From contig JACQRL010000039.1 in assembly GCA_016206485.1 (NCBI GenBank), positions 1 to 39,782 of the forward strand: 39,782 bases of DNA, given 5' to 3'. Both the position numbers and the translations under genes were made by a program. Each line of letters starts with the position of its first letter. Position 1 is the first letter of the stretch. The notes under the pieces are model-generated. The model made no database searches, was not told the origin of the DNA, and saw only the letters and a program-made list of their open reading frames with translations. The DNA is from Planctomycetota bacterium (lineage in GTDB: Bacteria > Planctomycetota > MHYJ01 > JACQRL01 > SBBU01). This document shows, one piece after another, positions 25,674-32,859 of the stretch.

Positions 25674-28202
25674 TCAATAGTTGGCTAAGAGCCGTTTAAT
25701 ATTGATAAAAAGAGAAACAATTAAAAATGTAATCAACGAGTATCTTGCGAAGCTGTCTTTGTAACCGTACTCAAACCAGATTGTTAAATAATAAACAATT
25801 TGTTGTACTGATTGGGAATAAATTGATGTGAAGAATGTGCCGGGAATAGTTGAATCAAAATATCTGTCTCTGCATTTTGTCATAAATATTACAGAGTTTG
25901 CGTTAACGCTCCCGGTTGTTCTGGTTGCGATGTAGCAGAGTCCCTCTTTTCTCACGCTGTTTTTTGTGCTTGATTTCGGTTGTGATTGTGGAGGCGCAGT
26001 CGGAGGTGGCGGGTCAGGAATAAAAATCGGAGATGTTTGTCCACTCATAAAAGCGGAGGAGGATGTATTAGATGAACCCGGTTCGCCGCTTCCTCCCTCA
26101 CCTTCGAGGGTTGTAGCGCTCGCGGGACCAATTGCTACGGATATAGAGATGCCCATCCTGTACCTTATTTTATATTTATATAGAGTTCGCTGTTGCAGAC
26201 CGGTATCTGTATAGCTTGATGCCGGATATGGAATTGTACCAACGAACTCAAAATTTCCACTTTCTCCAACAGCTCTTTTTATCTCTATCTGTGGCGGGGG
26301 AGGAAATGGATAAAGAGGATTGGTCCATTGAAGTCTTATTTGAGAACCTGATAGCGCAGTCGCGGTGAGATTAGAAGGAGGCAGTACTCCGGAACTAGGC
26401 GCTTGCCCGTTCAGTTCCCCCGGAATACCAACAGCAAGAGTCTCTGTATACTCAGAATGTGAATCTCGCGTGACTGATCCCCAGGCAGGGAGACTCGTTC
26501 TTGCATATAACCGTATTCTGTACATGTAGATACTGTCTGGAATGACTGTGCTGTCGTGAAACGGAACCGCGCTGTTCGGAATATCAGCTATTTGTATGTA
26601 TTGATTATTATTCGGATCAGAATTATATAAGCTCTTTCTTTCGATCTTAAAACCGGTGCTTATGATCCCCTGCACGCCTGATCCTCCTGAGCTGACAAGA
26701 GGTGATACCGTTGGGTTCCAGGAGATTTGTACTTCCAGGTATGTTGACTGAGGTTGGATCGCAGTTGGTATTTTATTCGGCTTTACATTTGTGCCATCAT
26801 CGGTCGCGACCCCTGTAATAACACTCTGTGTGTTCGAATAACCGACCCAAACGAGATCGTTGCCATACGGGAACACATATTCCAGACTTTGATTTCCGGT
26901 GTTGCCTACCTGAAAACCGGGATCTCCATTTCCTTCATAGAACCTGCTGGTTCCGTTAAAGGCGCTCAGGAGCTGTCCATAAATCTTTTTATCACCTCCT
27001 GCCCTGAGGTCTTCCCAGAGTACGAATATTGCCTGATCCGGATTTACAAGAACCTTCGGCCTGGTTTGATTTCCTTCCGCATAACAAACAGTAGTGTCCC
27101 ACTCTTTGGATCCTGTTATTTTCTTTATCTTTGCGGCATTGATGTCATGAGTTGTTGATCCCTGCAGTATTGTTGACCAGCTGATTATTAATTCTCCCGT
27201 ATTCAGGTTTGTAAAATCAGGGGTGAAATTTTCTACTGAGCTGTCGGATACATTAATTCCATAGCCCGGAAACCTCACAGTTGCTGATTGTACCTGAAAG
27301 CTGTTGAAGTAAACATCGTTGTTTCCATCCTGATTACTCAGACAAACAAAATGCGCTACATTACCTGAGGCGTCAGAATCTGTCAGTACAGAATAATCCG
27401 ACTCTGTTGATTGATTTCCCAGTGTTCCAAATACGGTTATTCCATTAGTGTAGCCCTGCGCGGTATTGATTGTTGATGTAAGGTCATCTGTTTTAAAGAT
27501 GTTCATTTTTATATCGCCTCCCTCCTGCCAGCTGACCAGAACAAGTGTATTTGCAGACCACGCAAGTGGTTGTATGGGATTGATCTTCCAATTGCTTACC
27601 TGTCTTGCAGGATTGATCGTAACAATGCCCGGAGGATTTAATATATTGCCGTCCGGTTTGATAATCCCAAGCTTCAAAGTTATATTTTGCGTGATATTAT
27701 CCTGTTCTCCATACAATACTACAGACAGATACTGACTGCTTTTTAGAACTGCGGTGACCTTTGGTTCGATCAATGTGGCGCTTGAAGATGACGCAATTAA
27801 GACACCAGTCCCCCATTCTTTGACATAATCTTTATTTACTCTGTTTGCATAAATATTTGAGGTTCCGTTGCGATTATCCTGACAGACTACGACTAGTTTT
27901 GGGTCTTGTGTTGACGGCGGGACATATGCAAAATCGGGATTCCATTGATCGGAGGTAGGGTGGTTAATTATAGGAGATGCCGAAGAAACAAGCCCTCCTT
28001 CATATATACTTTTTGCCATCACATCCTTTTGTGAAAGCGTGTTGTATACCACGTCGTACTGACTGCCTGTCAGTGTCGGATTTCGTTTAGCAACCATATT
28101 TTCTGCGGATGCCGCGACTTCTTTGTCGATTCCATTCCATTCCTGGACATTTGCCTGAAACAGCAGCAGGGAAATTCCAGTGATGAAGCCAGGTAATTTC
28201 AT
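25674..28202 (-). CDS. giant secreted repeat protein A (paralogous architecture to 23098..25647)
   Basis: 842-aa ORF with ATG start and a signal-peptide-like N-terminus (MKLPGFITGISLLLFQANV). Repeats include CQDNRNGTSNIYANRV, WEDLRAGGDKKIYGQLL and SNQDGNNDVYFNSF. FN3-like strings include IRLQWTNP...YKYKIRYRMG. The C-terminus reads EGLCYIATRTTGS...KCRDRYF...PG... followed by a TM helix. Confidence 0.7.
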   Translation of the reverse strand: MKLPGFITGISLLLFQANVQEWNGIDKEVAASAENMVAKRNPTLTGSQYDVVYNTLSQKDVMAKSIYEGGLVSSASPIINHPTSDQWNPDFAYVPPSTQDPKLVVVCQDNRNGTSNIYANRVNKDYVKEWGTGVLIASSSSATLIEPKVTAVLKSSQYLSVVLYGEQDNITQNITLKLGIIKPDGNILNPPGIVTINPARQVSNWKINPIQPLAWSANTLVLVSWQEGGDIKMNIFKTDDLTSTINTAQGYTNGITVFGTLGNQSTESDYSVLTDSDASGNVAHFVCLSNQDGNNDVYFNSFQVQSATVRFPGYGINVSDSSVENFTPDFTNLNTGELIISWSTILQGSTTHDINAAKIKKITGSKEWDTTVCYAEGNQTRPKVLVNPDQAIFVLWEDLRAGGDKKIYGQLLSAFNGTSRFYEGNGDPGFQVGNTGNQSLEYVFPYGNDLVWVGYSNTQSVITGVATDDGTNVKPNKIPTAIQPQSTYLEVQISWNPTVSPLVSSGGSGVQGIISTGFKIERKSLYNSDPNNNQYIQIADIPNSAVPFHDSTVIPDSIYMYRIRLYARTSLPAWGSVTRDSHSEYTETLAVGIPGELNGQAPSSGVLPPSNLTATALSGSQIRLQWTNPLYPFPPPPQIEIKRAVGESGNFEFVGTIPYPASSYTDTGLQQRTLYKYKIRYRMGISISVAIGPASATTLEGEGGSGEPGSSNTSSSAFMSGQTSPIFIPDPPPPTAPPQSQPKSSTKNSVRKEGLCYIATRTTGSVNANSVIFMTKCRDRYFDSTIPGTFFTSIYSQSVQQIVYYLTIWFEYGYKDSFARYSLITFLIVSLFINIKRLLANY

Positions 28203-28244
28203 GTAGCTTTAGAACTTTTTTAGAAATTTGGTTTAGCAACCAGT

Positions 28245-28260
28245 TGGCAACAATCTTGCT
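28245..28260 (+). promoter_or_regulatory. candidate sigma-54 (-24/-12) promoter
   Basis: TGGCAA-CAATC-TTGCT matches the TGGCAC-N5-TTGCW consensus with exact GG-to-GC spacing of 12 nt. It is intergenic and points toward the crotonase start at 28419. No enhancer-binding protein or rpoN is present in the window. Confidence 0.35.
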
Positions 28261-28310
28261 TGGCACAAACTACACTGATTAAATCTCGATTACACCGATT
28301 TGATTTGCAT

Positions 28311-28380
28311 TTTCCATATTCTATGTTCTACGCTCCACGATCTACGAACCATGATTGCTGGACATATTCCACGTTTTCCA
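28311..28380. repeat. heptanucleotide tandem array (CGTRGAA family, reverse orientation)
   Basis: In-phase heptads: TTCCATA TTCTATG TTCTACG CTCCACG ATCTACG AACCATG. More degenerate units follow, including TCCACGT and TTTCCAT. Located in the leader between the candidate sigma-54 site and the crotonase ATG. Confidence 0.7.
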
Positions 28381-28418
28381 TAATATGCATTCTCAACACT
28401 AATTTGAGAGGAGTTTTT

Positions 28419-29210
28419 ATGACACTGGTTGAATATGAAGTGAGAAAAAAAGTCGCATGGCTGACCTTAAATGCCCCGCCCGCCAATACTTATTCATATG
28501 AGATGATGCAGGATTTTGATAAAGGAGTTCTGCAGGCAAGGTTTGATAAAAATATAAATGTAATCGTTATTACCGGCAAGGGAGACAAGTTCTTTTCAGC
28601 AGGCGCGGATATCTCAATGCTTGCTACAGCCGACCCCGCATTTAAATATTATTTCTGCTTGCATGCAAACGAAACGCTCAACAGACTTGAACATACCGCA
28701 AAACTGACGATAGCTGCGATCAATGGTCATTGTGTAGGCGGCGGACTTGAAATCGCTATGGCTGCAGATTTAAGGATTGCAAAAAAAGATGCAGGTCAGC
28801 TTGGGCTGCCGGAAGTTACGCTTGGAGTTCTCCCCGGAACAGGAGGCACCCAGAGACTTTCAAGGATGGTCGGCAAATCAAAAGCGATTGAGCTTATGAC
28901 CACAGGAAAGTTGCTTAACTTTGAAGAGGGTGTTCAGTTAGGCATTGTTAATAAAATTTTCGACTCGGCGAACTTTGAAGAAAAAATTCAGCAGTTTGCT
29001 TCAGAGTTTTGCGCCCCGAACAAGGCAGCAAAGGCAGTCGGTTTGATCAAGAGGTCAGTGCAGAGCGGATGGGAGGTCGGATTTTCTGATGGGCTTGCAA
29101 TCGAAAGAGAATGTCAGCAGCAACTGTTTACCAGTGAGGACGCAAAAAATGGGATTCAAAATTGGATACAGACTAAAGGGAAGGGAAAGGTGGAATTTAA
29201 AGGATCCTAA
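28419..29210 (+). CDS. enoyl-CoA hydratase/isomerase (crotonase) family protein
   Basis: ATG at 28419 is preceded by GAGAGGAG. The ORF-track TTG at 28260 adds a non-protein-like N-terminus that covers the repeat array. Crotonase motifs present: FFSAGADISML and INGHCVGGGLEIAMAADLRIA. Confidence 0.88.
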   Translation: MTLVEYEVRKKVAWLTLNAPPANTYSYEMMQDFDKGVLQARFDKNINVIVITGKGDKFFSAGADISMLATADPAFKYYFCLHANETLNRLEHTAKLTIAAINGHCVGGGLEIAMAADLRIAKKDAGQLGLPEVTLGVLPGTGGTQRLSRMVGKSKAIELMTTGKLLNFEEGVQLGIVNKIFDSANFEEKIQQFASEFCAPNKAAKAVGLIKRSVQSGWEVGFSDGLAIERECQQQLFTSEDAKNGIQNWIQTKGKGKVEFKGS

Positions 29211-29254
29211 CGTGAAGAAGTCAGTAGACAGGAGACAGAATACAGGGAAATAAA

Positions 29255-30721
29255 ATGAACCAAGTTCCAGCGTTTGCTAAAGAGCCACAGCTGTTGTTCA
29301 TAAATGGCAGGTGGCTGGAGTCCAGCAGTCAGCAATATTTTGAGGATGTAAATCCTGCAACCGAGGAAGTTATAACCAACATAGCAAAAGCAACGAAAAA
29401 AGATGTGGACTTTGCTGTTAAGTCTGCTCAGGAGGCGATGCGCGGCAATAGTTGGGGAGGATTTTCTTCCAAACAACGCGGAAAGGTGATCTTCAAGATA
29501 GCAGCTCTCCTTGAAAAGTATAAAGAAGAGTTCGCCACCCTGGAAACACTTGATACAGGCAAGACTATAACCGAATCTCTGTATGCGGATATTGCAACTT
29601 CTGTGGATGTGCTCGAATACTATGCGGGGTGCGCTACCAAAATAGAGGGGACGACTCTTCCAACCGACAGCAAATTTTTTACTTTCACGCTCAAAGAACC
29701 GGTTGGAGTTGTCGGATGTATAGTACCATGGAACTTTCCTCTCCTTCTTGCTGTCTGGAAGATAGCGCCGGCCCTCGCCGCAGGCAATACAGTTATACTC
29801 AAGCCTTCGATGATGACTCCTCTGACTGCGCTTAGGTTTGCAAAACTTACTGAGGAAGCAGGGTTGCCTCCGGGTGTGTTGAATGTTCTTCCCGGTGCGG
29901 GAAGCGAAATAGGTTCATACATGGTTGAGCATCCCGGGATCAACAAGATCTCATTCACAGGTGAAACACAAACGGGTAAAGAGATTCTTGCGGGAAGTGT
30001 GGACACGCTCAAGCGAGTGACACTAGAGCTCGGCGGAAAATCTCCGAATATAATATTCAAGGATGCAGATATTGAAATGGCATCGAAAGGCGCGTTCAAT
30101 GCGATCTTCTATAACAAAGGAGAAGTTTGTTGCGCCGGCTCGCGATTGTTTGTTGAGAGGGGCGTGCATGCAGATGTGATAACCAGATTAGTTGAGAGGG
30201 CTGGCAGAACTACTCCGGGAGATCCTCTTAAGCAAACAACCCGCCTGGGACCGTTGATATCAAGATCTCAGCTTGAAAAGGTTCAGTCTTATACCGAGAC
30301 AGGGAAGAAAGAGGGGGCGCAGCTCGTGATTGGCGGCGAAAAACCAAAGGAACTTTTAAAAGGGTACTACTTTAAACCGACAATTTTTGACGGTGTAAGA
30401 AATGACATGAAAATTGCCAGGGAAGAGATCTTTGGTCCTCTGCTTTCTGTGATCGAATTTGAAGATTTTAATGACGTGATAACAAAATCTAATGATACTT
30501 TCTATGGGCTTGCTGCAGGCATTTGGACAAGGGATGTTTCAAAGGCAATAAAGGCATCAAGGGCTTTAAAGGCTGGCACAGTATGGATTAATTGTTACAA
30601 TTTCTTCGATGCAAGCGCGCCATTTGGTGGTTATAAACAGAGCGGAGTCGGAAGAGAGCTCGGACTTAAAGGGCTTGATCCTTACACTGAGCTCAAAACT
30701 GTTTGGATAAGTACGGAATGA
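29255..30721 (+). CDS. NAD(P)+-dependent aldehyde dehydrogenase
   Basis: 488-aa ORF with ALDH signatures LELGGKSP (catalytic Glu), GEVCCAGSR (catalytic Cys) and EEIFGPL. Confidence 0.92.
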   Translation: MNQVPAFAKEPQLLFINGRWLESSSQQYFEDVNPATEEVITNIAKATKKDVDFAVKSAQEAMRGNSWGGFSSKQRGKVIFKIAALLEKYKEEFATLETLDTGKTITESLYADIATSVDVLEYYAGCATKIEGTTLPTDSKFFTFTLKEPVGVVGCIVPWNFPLLLAVWKIAPALAAGNTVILKPSMMTPLTALRFAKLTEEAGLPPGVLNVLPGAGSEIGSYMVEHPGINKISFTGETQTGKEILAGSVDTLKRVTLELGGKSPNIIFKDADIEMASKGAFNAIFYNKGEVCCAGSRLFVERGVHADVITRLVERAGRTTPGDPLKQTTRLGPLISRSQLEKVQSYTETGKKEGAQLVIGGEKPKELLKGYYFKPTIFDGVRNDMKIAREEIFGPLLSVIEFEDFNDVITKSNDTFYGLAAGIWTRDVSKAIKASRALKAGTVWINCYNFFDASAPFGGYKQSGVGRELGLKGLDPYTELKTVWISTE

Positions 30722-30723
30722 AA

Positions 30724-30758
30724 CGTAGAACGTGGATCGTGGAACGTAGAACAAGGAG
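30724..30758. repeat. heptanucleotide tandem array (CGTRGAA family) running into the rplM ribosome-binding site
   Basis: CGTAGAA CGTGGAT CGTGGAA CGTAGAA CAAGGAG. The last, degenerate unit supplies the AAGGAG Shine-Dalgarno sequence 6 nt before the rplM ATG (30765). Confidence 0.75.
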
Positions 30759-30764
30759 CTGATA

Positions 30765-31223
30765 ATGAAGTTTACGACGACTTTGATGAGGCAGAAGGAA
30801 CTAAAAAGAGAGTGGTATTTAATTGACGCTTCAAACGCTACGGTAGGACGTCTTGCTACAAGAGTAGCTACCGTCCTGATGGGTAAGCACAAACCCACAT
30901 ATGTCACTTACCTTGATTGCGGTGATAATGTAATCATTGTTAATTGCAGTAAGGTCAGACTCACTGGAGATAAGGCGCAAACAAGGGTTTATAAGAGATA
31001 TTCTGGATATATGTCAGGTGAAAAGGAGCTCCCGTATGCAAGGGCATTTGAGAGGGATCCGACTTTCGTCGTGAGAGAGTCAGTAAGACGTATGCTTCCT
31101 AAAACAAATCTTGGCAGACTTGCTATAAGGAAGTTAAAGTTGTATGAAGGAGCAGAACATCCGCATAAAATACAATCACCTAAGGTGATGAAGCTGACAG
31201 ATATAAGAAAAGGGAGAGTGTAA
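30765..31223 (+). CDS. rplM: 50S ribosomal protein L13
   Basis: 152-aa ORF with WYLIDASNATVGRLATRVATVLMGKHKP, typical of L13. It is followed by rpsI in the conserved gene order. Confidence 0.97.
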   Translation: MKFTTTLMRQKELKREWYLIDASNATVGRLATRVATVLMGKHKPTYVTYLDCGDNVIIVNCSKVRLTGDKAQTRVYKRYSGYMSGEKELPYARAFERDPTFVVRESVRRMLPKTNLGRLAIRKLKLYEGAEHPHKIQSPKVMKLTDIRKGRV

Positions 31224-31224
31224 T

Positions 31225-31617
31225 ATGAGTGAAAAAGTAATCTGGGCTACCGGCAGACGAAAAACCTCCGTGGCGCAGATAAGAATAATTCCCGGCAAAG
31301 GGGAGATAACAGTCAATCGCATGAAACTTGATGAGTATTTTCCTTTGGAACAGCACAGGAAAAATCTTCTGATCCCTATTGAAACCGCAAAAAAAGAGAA
31401 TCAATACGATTTATTTATAAAGGTTGACGGCGGCGGTAAAGTATCGCAAGTGGGCGCAATAAGACATGGAATCGCAAGGGCTCTCAGCAAAGTAGATCCC
31501 GCTGTTATTCCTTCTCTTAAAGAGAAATATCTTCTTACCAGAGATCCGAGAATGAAAGAGCGTAAAAAGTATGGAAAACTTGGCGCAAGAAAAGGACAGC
31601 AGTACTCGAAGCGTTGA
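31225..31617 (+). CDS. rpsI: 30S ribosomal protein S9
   Basis: 130-aa ORF starting 2 nt after the rplM stop. The C-terminus ...GARKGQQYSKR is typical of S9. Confidence 0.97.
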   Translation: MSEKVIWATGRRKTSVAQIRIIPGKGEITVNRMKLDEYFPLEQHRKNLLIPIETAKKENQYDLFIKVDGGGKVSQVGAIRHGIARALSKVDPAVIPSLKEKYLLTRDPRMKERKKYGKLGARKGQQYSKR

Positions 31618-32756
31618 TGAACTCCAGGTTAGACAAGTTACCACCGTACTATTTTGTTCAGTTAGAAAATAAGAAAAAGCATATCGAAAAGGAAGGAGTT
31701 AAAGTCTACGATTTTTCAATAGGAGATCCCGATCTCTCACCTCCCGCCAAGCTCATTGATTTTCTCAGGGATGAGCTGGGAAAGGAAGTAAATAATTATT
31801 CTTCTACAAGGGGTGAGCGGCGGCTGAGAGAATCTTTTGCACAGTGGTATAGAACGCGTTATGGAGTGACTCTCGATCCGGAAAAGGAGATGACCATGTG
31901 CGTCGGAACAAAAGAGGGCATATTTCATCTGCCTCTGGCTTTGTGCGATCAGGGGGACGTAGCTATAATTCCCGAGCCCTATTATCCTGTTTATCTTTCG
32001 GCTACAACTCTTGCAGGATGCAATCAGTACTTTCTCAGTATGAGAGAGGAAAATAAATTTTTGTTGGAGTTTGACAGCGTTCCACAAGAAGTTCTGAAAA
32101 AAGCGAAGTTTATTTACGTAAATTATCCGAATAATCCGACCTCTGCAGTTGCAAATGAGAGTTTTTATAAAAGTCTGATCGAGTGGGCGCAAAGAAATAA
32201 TATTATAATCGCGCAGGATGCCGCGTATCAGGATGTAATTTACGATAGAAAGCCGATTTCAATTATGCAGTTTGAAGGAGCAAAGGATATTGCAGTTGAA
32301 TTTTATTCATTTTCAAAACTGTTCAACATAACTGGGTGGAGACTTGGGTTCGCCATAGGAAATGAAAAAATTGTCTCCGCGCTTCATAAAGTAAAAAGCA
32401 ACGCTGATTCCGGACAGTACATGGGCATACAAAACGCGGTGGCAAGATTCCTTCCAATTTCCTCTTCGTTTCTTGCTGAGCAGCAGTCAACCTACAAAAG
32501 ACGAAGACAGACATTTTACAGCTATCTCAAAATTGCCGGGTATCAATATTTTGATTCGGTTGGAACGTTTTACGTTTGGTGGAAACTTCCAAAAGATATT
32601 AAATCGGCAGATTTTGCGGACAAGATGCTTACAAGTAATCGTATTTTGGTTATTCCCGGGAGCGCGTTCGGCCCTGCCGGCGAAGGATATGTCAGGGCTG
32701 CTCTTACATGTCCGGAAGAAGATATAAGACGCGCGCTTGAAAACCTGAAATCGTAG
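31617..32756 (+). CDS. class I/II PLP-dependent aminotransferase (DapL/AspC-like)
   Basis: ATG at 31617 overlaps the rpsI stop by 1 nt (TGATG); the ORF-track TTG is at 31614. Motifs present: LPPYYF, YPNNPTSAV and the PLP-lysine context SFSKLFNITGWRLGF. Confidence 0.85.
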   Translation: MNSRLDKLPPYYFVQLENKKKHIEKEGVKVYDFSIGDPDLSPPAKLIDFLRDELGKEVNNYSSTRGERRLRESFAQWYRTRYGVTLDPEKEMTMCVGTKEGIFHLPLALCDQGDVAIIPEPYYPVYLSATTLAGCNQYFLSMREENKFLLEFDSVPQEVLKKAKFIYVNYPNNPTSAVANESFYKSLIEWAQRNNIIIAQDAAYQDVIYDRKPISIMQFEGAKDIAVEFYSFSKLFNITGWRLGFAIGNEKIVSALHKVKSNADSGQYMGIQNAVARFLPISSSFLAEQQSTYKRRRQTFYSYLKIAGYQYFDSVGTFYVWWKLPKDIKSADFADKMLTSNRILVIPGSAFGPAGEGYVRAALTCPEEDIRRALENLKS

Positions 32757-32857
32757 AACTTGAATCATAAAACATGGGTGCTGCTGGTTTTACTCTGCTG
32801 ACTCCTGATTTCTGACTACTCGCTGCTATAACCTAACTACTGACTGTCGTCTTCTGA
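32752..32857. repeat. composite heptanucleotide array (CGTRGAA-type units followed in the same phase by AYTNCTG-type units)
   Basis: The first units read CGTAGAA CTTGAAT CATAAAA CATGGGT. They continue as GCTGCTG GTTTTAC TCTGCTG ACTCCTG ATTTCTG ACTACTC GCTGCTA TAACCTA ACTACTG ACTGTCG TCTTCTG. CTGA recurs in phase at 32798, 32805, 32812, 32840 and 32854. The array fills the gap between two convergent stops. Confidence 0.75.
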
Positions 32858-32859
32858 TT

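Noticed and set aside
28260-28418. TTG-initiated N-terminal extension of the crotonase ORF
   Set aside because: It translates the heptad repeat array. The internal ATG at 28419 has a strong GAGAGGAG ribosome-binding site and gives a canonical crotonase N-terminus.
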